Position numbers and translations under genes: made by a program. The notes under the pieces were generated by a model. It worked only from the letters and a program-made list of their open reading frames with translations. It did not search any database and was not told the DNA's origin. 53,972 nucleotides of DNA from Clostridia bacterium. Lineage in GTDB: Bacteria > Bacillota > Clostridia > Oscillospirales > Acutalibacteraceae. This document shows positions 35,419 through 45,056 of the stretch, in pieces. Numbering within the stretch: position 1 is the first letter of the stretch; every line of letters begins with the position of its first letter. The stretch is taken from NCBI GenBank assembly GCA_017466205.1, contig JAFTUP010000199.1, forward strand, positions 1 through 53,972. The letters are read 5' to 3'.

Positions 35419-37287
35419 TTACAAGGAAAGTATTACAAAAGAACATTCATCAATGAAAACTTCTCCGTTTTTCACATTTTCACCGTAAAGTGTTTTTGCA
35501 TTTTTATAATTTTCAGGCAGACCGTAAGTAATTGAATGTTCATTTCGGTTTACAATCACCATAATATCGCCGGTTTCATTATGACGACGATATGCCACAC
35601 ATCCCAACATCCCTGAAACAGGAGAAAAATATCCCTCACGGAAAACCTCATTTTCTGTTCTGATTTCGCCTAATGTTCTGTAAAAGGTAACAAGCTCCTG
35701 ATTTTCCTTTCCCCAAGGGTAACAGCCACGGTTAAACGGGTCCTTATATCCCTGCAGTCCTGCTTCATCACCGTAATATACAGATGGCACACCCGGTAAA
35801 GTGTATTGCAATGCAGCCGCACATTTTAAAAGACGGACACCTTTTGCATATTTTTCAGCATCAAGGAAATGTTGAGACTGCCATACACGGTCACGATATT
35901 CACAGGATTCACCTGAAATTTTTGTAATTGCCCGTTCTGTATCATGAGTACCTATATGATTCATCATAACATCAAGACATTGTTTCGGATAATTCTCCAC
36001 AATCTGCATTATGGTTTCCATAAAGCGTTCAGCCTTACCGTTACGACAAAAATCAAGAATAGCATTTGCAAAAGGATAATTCATTACGGAATCGAACTGA
36101 CTACCCAGAAGATATCGACGACGACTGCCATAACTGTGCTTTGTTGTGGCATCCTCCCAGACCTCACCCATCAGAAGTGCATCAGGCTTTGTCTTTTTAA
36201 GTCTTTCACGAAGCTCATCAATGAAAATATCAGGCAACTCATCAGCAACATCAAGACGGAAACCGTCTGCTCCCGCTTTAAGCCATTTTTCTATAATTCC
36301 ACCTTTACCGTTAATAAACTCACGATATTCTTCGCCCTCTTCAATAACCTCAGGAAGAGTTTCAAAGCCCCACCAGCTTTGGTATTTATCCGGATAATTT
36401 GTAAACTTATACCATTTATAGTATGGACTTTCAGGAGAATTATAAGCACCTAAAGTTTCATATCTGCCTTTTTTATTGAAATAAACGCTGTCATCACCCG
36501 TATGAGAGAACACACCGTCAAGGATTATGTGAATTCCTTGCTTTTTTGCAGACTCGCAAAGGTTCTTGAAGTCTTTTTCAGTTCCCAGAACAGGGTCAAT
36601 TTTTCCATAATCTGCTGTATCATATCTATGATTTGAGTGTGCTTCAAAAATGGGGTTTAAATAAATACAATTTACTCCCATAGACTTGAGATATGGCAAT
36701 TTTTCCTGAATACCCTTTAAGTCACCACCGAAAAAGTCGTTATTAAGAACTTTTCCCTCTGCAGTTGGTCGCCATTCGGGTTCGTTCCCCCAATCGGAAC
36801 GCAGCACTCTGTCAGTTGGCACATTTTTCTTTTTCTCACCTGAATTATAAAATCTGTCAGGGAAAATCTGATAAATTATACCACCTTTAATCCAATCAGG
36901 TGTTGTAAAATCTTTTTCAGTAACTGTCAACTGCCAGTCTTTTCGTGCAAAATGTGACCCTGCGAAGCCACCCACTCCGTTTTCAGTCTGAAGAACAGAG
37001 CTTCTGCCGTAAGATGAGCAATAATCAAAATGATACCAGTAAAGACCCTCTTTTTCTATGTCAGTATGAATGTCCCAGATTTCAGCATCATCACCGCACA
37101 TACCTGCCCAAAGCATATCTCTTTCTTCATAATGTCCGTCATCACGACGAATAAGCAAAATTGCTCTGTTACAACAAAAAGAGCGTGGCATACAAAGGCG
37201 AAAATGAATTTTTTCACCCGCTGAAACACTGCCGAATCTATCTTTAAAAAACAAATCTCTTGAATTGTATGGAATAAAACTCATCAT
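35419..37287 (-). CDS. GH13 alpha-amylase-family enzyme (neopullulanase/cyclomaltodextrinase-like), cytoplasmic
   Basis: GH13 conserved regions YLNPIFEAHSNHRYDTADY, GFRLDVADEL, MGEVWED and NHIGTHDTER are present. There is no signal peptide. Confidence 0.85.
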   Translation of the reverse strand: MMSFIPYNSRDLFFKDRFGSVSAGEKIHFRLCMPRSFCCNRAILLIRRDDGHYEERDMLWAGMCGDDAEIWDIHTDIEKEGLYWYHFDYCSSYGRSSVLQTENGVGGFAGSHFARKDWQLTVTEKDFTTPDWIKGGIIYQIFPDRFYNSGEKKKNVPTDRVLRSDWGNEPEWRPTAEGKVLNNDFFGGDLKGIQEKLPYLKSMGVNCIYLNPIFEAHSNHRYDTADYGKIDPVLGTEKDFKNLCESAKKQGIHIILDGVFSHTGDDSVYFNKKGRYETLGAYNSPESPYYKWYKFTNYPDKYQSWWGFETLPEVIEEGEEYREFINGKGGIIEKWLKAGADGFRLDVADELPDIFIDELRERLKKTKPDALLMGEVWEDATTKHSYGSRRRYLLGSQFDSVMNYPFANAILDFCRNGKAERFMETIMQIVENYPKQCLDVMMNHIGTHDTERAITKISGESCEYRDRVWQSQHFLDAEKYAKGVRLLKCAAALQYTLPGVPSVYYGDEAGLQGYKDPFNRGCYPWGKENQELVTFYRTLGEIRTENEVFREGYFSPVSGMLGCVAYRRHNETGDIMVIVNRNEHSITYGLPENYKNAKTLYGENVKNGEVFIDECSFVILSL

Positions 37288-37380
37288 TGCACCGCCAAAA
37301 ATGAATATTAATTTATTTTACCAAAACAAGAACCATATTGCAATAGAAAAGAATAGTGATATTCGTTGACGAAGACAAAA

Positions 37381-37584
37381 AAGATTAAAACTAATTCAAC
37401 AAATCGGAGGTTATCGAGATGATTCAATTCCCCTCCCTCATTGAGGGAGGTGGCATTTTCGTAAGAAAATGACGGAGGGAGTTTGTTGTTTCACTTGATA
37501 ACTCCTTCAGTCTCACTTCGTTCGACAGCTCCCTCACGGAGGGAGCGGAATGGCGTTCGTTCATCCCGACAAATTATAATTTGT
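37381..37584. repeat. Cluster of GC-rich CTCCCTC/GAGGGAG hairpins plus a 24-nt module shared with 43410-43433
   Basis: Hairpins cctccctc-att-gagggagg, cattttc-gta-agaaaatg and gctccctc-acg-gagggagc. 37561-37584 tcatcccgacaaattataatttgt is the exact reverse complement of 43410-43433. Confidence 0.65.
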
Positions 37585-37594
37585 ACTATAAATA

Positions 37595-37624
37595 ATGATG
37601 GTGCAAATCGCTTTACACCATCAT
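37595..37624 (-). terminator. Hairpin terminator after the lipase gene
   Basis: atgatggtg (37595-37603) pairs with caccatcat (37616-37624). Both flanks are T/A-rich. Confidence 0.55.
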
Positions 37625-37634
37625 CATTTTTTAA

Positions 37635-39689
37635 TTAATCTTCTTTTTTCTTTAACATAACTACAGATGTTGTCAATGCAACTCCACACACAGCAAGAGC
37701 TATTACAACTGATTTTGGCTGAAAACTATCTGTATCAGGAATTTCAACATCAGTTATTATCTCTTTGTTTTCTTCTGTTGTAGTTTCATCAACAACAGGC
37801 TTTTCTGTACTAATTTCCGTTTCAGTACTTTCAGTTGTTTCTTCAGGTTTTACTGTTTCTTCAGGAGCAGGAAGAACCTCTTCATTCACAGTTTTCTTTA
37901 CAAGATGTGAATAAATTTCCATATTTTCATCACTCATAGCGATAAAACTGAACTCTTTTGTTGCAATAGTATGCTGTGTATTATCAATTATGTATGTAAC
38001 AGCAACTTTAAAAGGTTTATCTGCAGTTTCAGGTGAAACATTGTTTACATCAATCACATATTTTTCACCAACCTGAAGTACTGTATTGATTTCGAAATTA
38101 TAGTCCATATCTACACCATTGACATCAACACAAAGAATGTGAATCGGTGATGTATTCGAGAGGTTTTCAATAATCAATTCTGTATCTGCAGAAGAATGAT
38201 ACCCTACATCAGTATTATCAAAATGCACATAAATATTATCAGCGTGCTTTTGTGTATAATTGAACTGTGGGAATCTTTCATCATCAAACACAGTTTCAAG
38301 TTCTCCCCAAAGATATTCACAGACAATCTGTCTTGTATATGGGTCATTAAAATACTGACCGTGAGCCTGACCTATTGCATACCATGTGTGGTCAGGTGAA
38401 AATCCTGTAGAAGCATCAAGGTTATATTCAGGTGAAATGTGATAATGATTTGGATTATCACAATTTATATTCTGTTGAACATAGTCGGCAGGTAAAGTTT
38501 CGCCTAAAGGAGTACAGTATGAGCCTGATGAAAGATGAGCATCAATAACAAGGTCACCATTATAATTCTGTCCGCTGACAGACTCGTATCCAACACCTAC
38601 AATATGACCTATTTTCATTCCCTCTTCACGGAGCTGTGCAAGCTTCTTTGAAAGATTATCGCCTGCAGCAAGATTTGTATGAAATTCAACAGTATCGTAA
38701 TACGCTTTTCCGTTTTCTTTAGCAGATAAACCTGTAAATTCAACTGCTTCTTCAAAATAATCATTAGGAATAAAATCAAGAAGAGACGGCATGTGTGCTG
38801 CTTTCATCACAAGCTCCTCATCACTTAAAACTCTGTTCAAAAGTGCAATAAGGTCTTCAAGAGTCAGATATTTAAATATCAGGTCAAAATCCTCTTCCAT
38901 ATCAAATGCATACTGAATCCATTTCATAAGATTCTGCATATCAAGGTCAAGAGTTTTTCCTGTAAACAGCTGTCCGACTACGGTTGTACCGAAGGTTGCA
39001 GGATTTGCAAGAATAGCATTTCTCACATCATGCTTATGACCGTAATAATAAAGGTATGATGTACCGTATTGACCTCCGTGGCTAAGTCCCATAAGGTCAA
39101 CCTTATCACTACCTGTAATTCCCTTTACCTCCTGAATGTATTCATCAATTGCCTTTGCATAATCAACCTGACTTTTTCTCCAGTCATAAGTAAAACCAAA
39201 CACATTTTCTGCACCAACCATTTCTATAGCGGTTTCACAGAATACACTTTCAGGAATATATTCCTCCATATCATTTTCAATGAGTGCAGAAATCTGTGTT
39301 GCAGCAGCACCTTTTGGATAATACGTAAGGTTTTCTCTTGAAGAACCATCAGGATTAACACCTATTGGAGCGAGAGCATCCTTAAGAATTTTTGACCACG
39401 CTTCTGCAATAGCATCATATCCCATTGCAGTACCTACAATACCTGCAGGCAAAGCTGCAACTAACTCTAAAATAAGTTCGCCAAGGTCAAGATGCCAGGC
39501 TTTGACAACATCACCTGTTTCAGAGTCGATTATAGGCTCGCCATTTTCATCTGTATAGACGAGTGTTGGTCCTGAATATCCCTGTAACACAATAACAGGT
39601 ACTACCTCTTCCTCTTTTGCAAATGCAAACAAAGAACAAGTTGAAAACACCATAATAACTGCAAGAATTACTGATAAAACCTTTTTCAT
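37635..39689 (-). CDS. Secreted LCAT-like alpha/beta-hydrolase lipase/esterase with a Thr/Glu-rich linker and a C-terminal TM anchor
   Basis: Signal peptide MKKVLSVILAVIMVFSTCSLFAFA. FGFTYDWRKS is a YDWR motif, and the nucleophile elbow is GLSHGG. The C-terminal helix is VVIALAVCGVALTTSVVML followed by KKKED. GGGGAAGG RBS lies before the ATG at 39689. Confidence 0.75.
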   Translation of the reverse strand: MKKVLSVILAVIMVFSTCSLFAFAKEEEVVPVIVLQGYSGPTLVYTDENGEPIIDSETGDVVKAWHLDLGELILELVAALPAGIVGTAMGYDAIAEAWSKILKDALAPIGVNPDGSSRENLTYYPKGAAATQISALIENDMEEYIPESVFCETAIEMVGAENVFGFTYDWRKSQVDYAKAIDEYIQEVKGITGSDKVDLMGLSHGGQYGTSYLYYYGHKHDVRNAILANPATFGTTVVGQLFTGKTLDLDMQNLMKWIQYAFDMEEDFDLIFKYLTLEDLIALLNRVLSDEELVMKAAHMPSLLDFIPNDYFEEAVEFTGLSAKENGKAYYDTVEFHTNLAAGDNLSKKLAQLREEGMKIGHIVGVGYESVSGQNYNGDLVIDAHLSSGSYCTPLGETLPADYVQQNINCDNPNHYHISPEYNLDASTGFSPDHTWYAIGQAHGQYFNDPYTRQIVCEYLWGELETVFDDERFPQFNYTQKHADNIYVHFDNTDVGYHSSADTELIIENLSNTSPIHILCVDVNGVDMDYNFEINTVLQVGEKYVIDVNNVSPETADKPFKVAVTYIIDNTQHTIATKEFSFIAMSDENMEIYSHLVKKTVNEEVLPAPEETVKPEETTESTETEISTEKPVVDETTTEENKEIITDVEIPDTDSFQPKSVVIALAVCGVALTTSVVMLKKKED

Positions 39690-39747
39690 TTTCCTTCCCC
39701 ATTTCAATATAATATAACTTTATTTTATTCCTTATAAAACTACTTGT

Positions 39748-39786
39748 CAATAAAAAAGAAAGCGGTACTCTTTTCAGAATACCGCT
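39748..39786 (-). terminator. Rho-independent terminator after the 39803-40927 gene
   Basis: On the minus strand: agcggtattc-tgaaaa-gagtaccgct followed by TTCTTTTTTATT. Confidence 0.7.
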
Positions 39787-39802
39787 ATATTATATTAAAT
39801 TT

Positions 39803-40927
39803 TTACTCTGTTACTGACCAACCGAAGTTATATGTAATTGAAGATGTGCATGGGAACTCAACAACTACTGTACCGTAATCAGCCAATGCACCTGCGAAAG
39901 TAATGTTTGCTGTGATAATCATATTCTTTTCATAGGTTGCATAAGCCATTTCATCAGTTACAGCATTGATACCTGCTGTAATTTTGCAAGGAGTAAATGC
40001 AATTTCAAAGGAATTAAGCTTCATATAGCTTTCAGCAGCCTTGAACTGCTCCATAATTCCGTCTTTTTCACGAACTGTAAATGCCTTTTTAACACTTGCT
40101 TCTTCAGGCTTAACTACCATACAAATTGTTCTGTAAAGCTCTGACGGAACGAAAATATATTCGCCTTCTTCGTCTTCAGCATTGTTACCCTTTTCATCAA
40201 GGTCATAAACAAGAGTAGGAACTACTGATGTATAAATCGGATATGTGTTAGTTTCCTTGTCTGTATAAAGGTCAGCAAGAGTAAGAGTACTTGCATTCTT
40301 TTCACCAATAGGATAAATAATATCAGTGAGGTCAGCACCTTTTTCAACAATTTCCTCTGAATTCATAAGGAATGAATCAATGTTTTCAAGTGCCATATCA
40401 GCATAAAGACGGAATGCTGCACGGAACTTATCCTGGTCAGGGAGCTCAACACCGTCAACTGACTTGAACACAACACCGTCACCGTGATTAATCCAGAAAG
40501 CTTCATCGTAAGAAACAAAAGCAGTTTTATTCACCTTAATGTCATTGATTAAGCCGTTGAAATAATCAAGAACTTCCTGCTGATTTCCTGTAAACTGTGC
40601 CCATTCTTCCTCAGTAATAAGAGCAAGAATATCTTCAAAATAATCTTCTGAGCCGTATTTTGAAACAAGCTCATAATATGAAAGCTCAACTTCTCTATCA
40701 TCTAATTTTTTATTGAAGTTTTCATAAAGTGTTGCAAGCTTGTCACCAGGAAGAATTTCCTTTAATTCTCCGTAAGTGAATACGAATGAAACATCCTTAA
40801 GGTCTGTTTTTGATGTAACAGCAACCGGTCTGTTAACCTCAGTTTCACCGCTGCAGCCTGCAAATGTTCCTATAAGCATTGTAAACGCTAACACAAGTGC
40901 GATAATTCTTATAAAATTCTTTTTCAT
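39803..40927 (-). CDS. Lipoprotein of unknown function
   Basis: MKKNFIRIIALVLAFTMLIGTFAGCSG is a lipobox FAGC. The mature part is acidic. Confidence 0.7.
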   Translation of the reverse strand: MKKNFIRIIALVLAFTMLIGTFAGCSGETEVNRPVAVTSKTDLKDVSFVFTYGELKEILPGDKLATLYENFNKKLDDREVELSYYELVSKYGSEDYFEDILALITEEEWAQFTGNQQEVLDYFNGLINDIKVNKTAFVSYDEAFWINHGDGVVFKSVDGVELPDQDKFRAAFRLYADMALENIDSFLMNSEEIVEKGADLTDIIYPIGEKNASTLTLADLYTDKETNTYPIYTSVVPTLVYDLDEKGNNAEDEEGEYIFVPSELYRTICMVVKPEEASVKKAFTVREKDGIMEQFKAAESYMKLNSFEIAFTPCKITAGINAVTDEMAYATYEKNMIITANITFAGALADYGTVVVEFPCTSSITYNFGWSVTE

Positions 40928-40951
40928 ATCTCTTTTCCCCTCTCGGTGAAA

Positions 40952-42223
40952 TTAATAACTGTCTTTAAGTCCCTGCTCGTCAAACAGGTATATTGTTTCA
41001 AGCACTACTTTAAGTGAATCCTCAAGTGTCTTCATTTCAAGAACACTAACATTATCATCACGAGTGTGATAATATCTTGCAGGAGCCGGATCCATACTTG
41101 TAAATGCAACCGATTTGATTCCTGCCTGCTGCGTTGCAGCCGCATCAGTAGAGCCCAACGGAATAGTTGAAAGCTTAACCGGAACGTCTGCGTTTTCAGC
41201 TGCCTTTTTCATAAGAGCACAAGCCTGCTTGTCAAGACTGACTGTTCCTGTCATATCCTTTGTGATAACTGACATAAACTCATAATCTCGAAGAGTATCA
41301 AGTGCGATAAACACAGTTTCAACACTATCGTTTTTAAGCTCGTCAGCGTGAGCCTTTGCAAAAGCCTTTGAGCCGCGAAGACCTTCTTCCTCAGCACCAA
41401 CTGACATTGCAACGATTTCAGTATTTTCAAGACGGATATCATTATGCTTGAAATAAAGAAGTGCAGCCATTGATGTAAACACACCTGTAAGGTCATCAGC
41501 AGCACCGTCAACAGGCATTTTCCAGTTTACAAAGAACATTACTGCAATAAGTGCAGGAATTGCAAGAGCCTGAATGACAAGAAGTACAATTTCTGCAGTA
41601 CGATTATCGACAAAGAAGCCTGCGATTGAAAAACCCAATGTAATTAAAAGGCTTAAAACTGCGGAAACGATAATCATTGTTACCATTTTTGAGCCACCAA
41701 GGTATGTGTATCTCCATTCATAAGCAGTATCTATATGACCACCTATGATAATTCTTCTTTTTGTTTCACCTGATGCTTTTCTTGTACAAATCACATTACT
41801 TGATTCCTGCTTTTTAAAGAATGGGTCAAGAACCTGTTTATACAAAAGGAATTCACCAAGAAGGAAGAAAACTGCCAGAACAACAAGTGCAACAGACACA
41901 ATTCTCAGTACAGTTTCAACAACCGGTGGCATATTGAATGCAAAACAAAGTATTCCGAGAACTGCCGCAACAAGAGCCAAAGCACCGTCAATCATGACCC
42001 AGCTCATAAATGCTTTCGGACTTAATGTGAAATTTTCTCTCTTAACTTCGTCGGCTATTGGAGTCATAAGTTTTTCAACATAATCCTGACCCTTTTTCTC
42101 GCCCTCATAACCTGCAGGACGAGGGCCAACCTCTTTACATACTTTTTTTATTTCTCTGATAGCAAAGTTTGAACACTCACGAACTTTTGAAGGATAGTGA
42201 GGGTGACTTTCATACGCTTTCAA
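40952..42223 (-). CDS. Membrane-bound M28-family metallopeptidase
   Basis: IIIGGHIDTAYEW and SVGAEEEGLRGSKAF are M28 zinc-ligand motifs. An internal multi-TM block is present. TTG at 42223 has GGGAGG 9 nt upstream; the ORF-track GTG is at 42271. Confidence 0.75.
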   Translation of the reverse strand: MKAYESHPHYPSKVRECSNFAIREIKKVCKEVGPRPAGYEGEKKGQDYVEKLMTPIADEVKRENFTLSPKAFMSWVMIDGALALVAAVLGILCFAFNMPPVVETVLRIVSVALVVLAVFFLLGEFLLYKQVLDPFFKKQESSNVICTRKASGETKRRIIIGGHIDTAYEWRYTYLGGSKMVTMIIVSAVLSLLITLGFSIAGFFVDNRTAEIVLLVIQALAIPALIAVMFFVNWKMPVDGAADDLTGVFTSMAALLYFKHNDIRLENTEIVAMSVGAEEEGLRGSKAFAKAHADELKNDSVETVFIALDTLRDYEFMSVITKDMTGTVSLDKQACALMKKAAENADVPVKLSTIPLGSTDAAATQQAGIKSVAFTSMDPAPARYYHTRDDNVSVLEMKTLEDSLKVVLETIYLFDEQGLKDSY

Positions 42224-42379
42224 ATCGGAAAACCTCCCACGATACAAGTATATACTAAAGTATTGTATCACACTTTTTTTATTTAGTCACTATTATTTTT
42301 AAAATTTTTGCAAATATTGACATTATTACGAAAAAAGAATAAACTATTATGTACTATAAATTTGTTTAGGAATTTAAAT

Positions 42380-43201
42380 ATGAAAAAAAGACAGTTAAAA
42401 ATCCGCGGAACACTTTTAATATCACTTATAATAATTTTAGGCTCACTTTTAATCCTTTATTTTGCATTTTGTCGTGGTGGTGAATATAATTCTGCACCTA
42501 TTACAACCACAAAAGTTGAAACTACAACAGAACAAACAACAGAGCCTGTTGTGGAAGAAAGTACAGAAGCACCCACAGAGCCTGAAGAAGAAATTACGGA
42601 AGAGCCGATTATCTGGGACAATTACAGTCCTGTAAGCATTCTCAAGAGTGAAAATTGGGCTTTGACACTTATCAACAAGAAATATCCTCTTGATAAAAAC
42701 TATTCACCATCAACAGCAACCGTGGTTGAAGGCAGCTCAGTTACTGCTGATGTCCGTGTTGCAGAGGCTTATCGGCTTATGTACAACGCTGCATTGGCTG
42801 AGGATGTTGTCCTCACTCCATATTCAGGATATTGCAGTTATCAGAGACAGAAAACAATTTATGATAATAAGGTTCAGGCATTTATTCTTCAGGGACTCAC
42901 TGAGGATGAAGCAAAATTAAGTGCTGAAAAAAGGGTTGAACCTGCAGGCTGCAGTGAAAACGGAGCAGGACTTGCAGTTGATGTAATCAGCGCAAGTGCA
43001 GGATTCTCATCAACCAATGAATATAAGTGGCTTGTGGCAAATGCTCATAATTATGGTTTTGTACTTCGTTATCCTGAAGACAAAACTGAAATCACAGGTA
43101 TGATTTATCAGCCATGGCATTGGAGATATGTTGGTATTGAGGTCGCAACAGAAATGAAAGAACAAAACCTCTGCCTTGAAGAATTTTTGGGTGTAGTGTA
43201 A
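42380..43201 (+). CDS. VanY/M15B-family D-alanyl-D-alanine carboxypeptidase, membrane-anchored
   Basis: MKKRQLKIRGTLLISLIIILGSLLILYF is the anchor, followed by a Thr/Glu-rich linker. SGYCSYQRQ, SENGAGLAVD and QPWHWRYVG are present. The ORF-track TTG at 42308 is unlikely to be the start. Confidence 0.8.
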   Translation: MKKRQLKIRGTLLISLIIILGSLLILYFAFCRGGEYNSAPITTTKVETTTEQTTEPVVEESTEAPTEPEEEITEEPIIWDNYSPVSILKSENWALTLINKKYPLDKNYSPSTATVVEGSSVTADVRVAEAYRLMYNAALAEDVVLTPYSGYCSYQRQKTIYDNKVQAFILQGLTEDEAKLSAEKRVEPAGCSENGAGLAVDVISASAGFSSTNEYKWLVANAHNYGFVLRYPEDKTEITGMIYQPWHWRYVGIEVATEMKEQNLCLEEFLGVV

Positions 43202-43224
43202 AAACAATTTGATAATACAACGAT

Positions 43225-43255
43225 ATGGCGAGGTCAAAACCTCGCCATTGTCATT
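43225..43255 (+). terminator. Terminator after the VanY-like gene
   Basis: atggcgaggt (43225-43234) pairs with acctcgccat (43239-43248), followed by tgtcattt. Confidence 0.6.
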
Positions 43256-43260
43256 TAATA

Positions 43261-43700
43261 AGTAAATCACGCGTAGTGGCAGGCTTCCATGCCTGCATTG
43301 TTGTCATTCTGAGGAGTATAACGACGAATAATTTCTGTTGGTTGAAATGTTGCCTTGGGAGGAGATTCTTCGCTACGCTCAGAATGACCGGGAAAATCAA
43401 TATAACTTGACAAATTATAATTTGTCGGGATGATTAAACAATTTGATATATATTGGTAGGGCGGGGTCTTGACCCCGCCGCCGTTGGTTGATATGTCGCT
43501 TTTCGGCGGGGGGTGCGGGTGTCCAGTGGACACCTCTGCGAAGCAGAAGCACCGACCGAACCGGCAGGTGAGACACAAGACCCCGCCCTACCGTGATATC
43601 AATTGGTTATATTTTAAATCAGCGTCGCAGACCCTACAATTCCGAATTACGCATTACGAATTTCGAATTATCCCGATAAACTCCAATTTTCCAACCTCTA
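43261..43700. repeat. Composite block of GC-rich palindromic repeats
   Basis: Contents: 43270-43296 (inverted copy of 33757-33783); gtcattctgag 43303-43313 / ctcagaatgac 43378-43388; 43410-43433 (copy of 37561-37584, containing the 18-nt perfect palindrome gacaaattataatttgtc); 17-nt perfect inverted arms ggtagggcggggtcttg 43455-43471 / caagaccccgccctacc 43576-43592; hairpin ggtgtcc-agt-ggacacc. Confidence 0.75.
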
Positions 43701-43778
43701 CGAAATGACACATAAATATTGTATTTCCTATCAAAATATGATAAAATAACTTGATAATATGTTTTTGGAGGAGTTATT

Positions 43779-44447
43779 ATGATGAAAATTTCACCATCTA
43801 TTCTTTCTTGTGACTACGGAAGAATGGCAGAAGAATTAAAGGATATGGAAAACTGCGGTGCTGATTATATGCACATTGACGTTATGGACGGTCACTTTGT
43901 TCCCAATATCACATTAGGTGCTCCTCTTATAAAATGCATCCGTAAAGCTACTGATGTACCTTTTGATGTTCACCTTATGATCAGCGAGCCACTTAAATAC
44001 ATTGACGATTTCTGTAAGGCAGGTGCTGACATTATCACTTTCCATACAGAATGTGACTCACCAATTGACGAAACAATCGACAAAATTCTCGCTAACGGTG
44101 TCAAAGCATCACTTACAGTTAAACCAAAAACTCCTGTTGAGGATATTTTCCCATATCTCGACAAGCTTTCAATGGTGCTTATTATGACCGTTGAGCCCGG
44201 TTTTGGCGGACAGAGCTTTATGGAAGATATGATGCCAAAGGTTTCTGCATTAAGAAAAGAAATTGAAAAACGAGGTCTTAACTGCGAAATCGAAGTTGAC
44301 GGTGGTATAAACGAAAAAACAATCGCTATTGCAGCTAATGCAGGCGCTGATGTTTTCGTTTCAGGTAATGCTATTTTCTCAAGCGCTGACCGTAAAGGCA
44401 CAATCGAAAACTTTAAGAAAATTGCAGAAGAAAATTATTGTAAATAA
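43779..44447 (+). CDS. rpe: Ribulose-phosphate 3-epimerase
   Basis: ISPSILSCDYGRMAEELKDMENCGADYMHIDVMDGHFVPNITLG and MTVEPGFGGQSF are present. A GGAGGAG RBS precedes the start. Confidence 0.93.
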   Translation: MMKISPSILSCDYGRMAEELKDMENCGADYMHIDVMDGHFVPNITLGAPLIKCIRKATDVPFDVHLMISEPLKYIDDFCKAGADIITFHTECDSPIDETIDKILANGVKASLTVKPKTPVEDIFPYLDKLSMVLIMTVEPGFGGQSFMEDMMPKVSALRKEIEKRGLNCEIEVDGGINEKTIAIAANAGADVFVSGNAIFSSADRKGTIENFKKIAEENYCK

Positions 44448-44956
44448 ACCTTACCAAGATTTTTGCAGTATTCATTTAACCATTCGTAGCTGATATTTTC
44501 ATATTTTTCTCCATATTCCACCATAAGCTGACAAATTCTGTCACTTTTTTCAGGAACAAATAAAAAATAGTTATTTTTTAACTTAAACGCTTGGCAGGAA
44601 ATATTTTTTTCATAATAAATTCCCGCAACCTTTATAAAATCGAGAAAATCATCAATATTATCAGCCTTAAAAACAACAAAATCCTTATTGGTCTTTATTT
44701 TATAACGGATTTTTTCTTTGCTTGTGAATGTAAAAATGAAAAAGCAACCGCCATTTTCCGTAGGCATTGCTTCAACAAGCACCTTATCACCCTTTGAAAA
44801 TCTTTTTTCGGCATCTATTCTGTATAAAAGCTTTTTCAATAACGCTTGTGTTGTTTCATTGTTGTTCAGCGTTGCGTATGTAATATTAAAGCTTTTCATT
44901 TCGTCTCCTGAAAGTTCAACAAGCATTACATTATTATTAAGTGCTTCAAATGTCAT
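44435..44956 (-). CDS. Short MecA-like adaptor protein
   Basis: The architecture and motif order resemble MecA: the N-terminal beta-hairpin region MLVELSGDEMKSFNITY, and a C-terminal domain FVVFKADNIDDFLDF ... NNYFLFV ... LMVEYGEKYENISYEWLNEY. Confidence 0.55.
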   Translation of the reverse strand: MTFEALNNNVMLVELSGDEMKSFNITYATLNNNETTQALLKKLLYRIDAEKRFSKGDKVLVEAMPTENGGCFFIFTFTSKEKIRYKIKTNKDFVVFKADNIDDFLDFIKVAGIYYEKNISCQAFKLKNNYFLFVPEKSDRICQLMVEYGEKYENISYEWLNEYCKNLGKVYLQ

Positions 44957-45056
44957 AATTACTACTCTCCCTGTTGTACTTTGTCTTCTATTTCATAATA
45001 TTACAGGGACTGGCTGTGTGCAATAAATAAATATTGGAAAAAGTGAGGAACATATT

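Noticed and set aside
37381-37600. Possible CRISPR array or riboswitch in the hairpin-rich intergenic regions (also 53016-53179).
   Set aside because: There are no regularly spaced identical direct repeats with unique spacers, only short inverted repeats of variable sequence. I recognised no riboswitch consensus.
42272-42379. Strand switch (42 kb minus block to 10 kb plus block) together with mnmE at the right edge, considered as a sign of a replication origin.
   Set aside because: I saw no cluster of DnaA-box-like TTATCCACA sequences and no dnaA, dnaN or rnpA genes. The mnmE orientation does not fit an origin at 42.3 kb. It is most simply a divergent promoter region.
43267-43708. ORFs 43267-43578 (minus, 103 aa) and 43469-43708 (plus, 79 aa).
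   Set aside because: They lie entirely in the GC-rich palindromic repeat block. The translations are Pro/Gly/Arg low-complexity, and both strands are open because of the palindromes.
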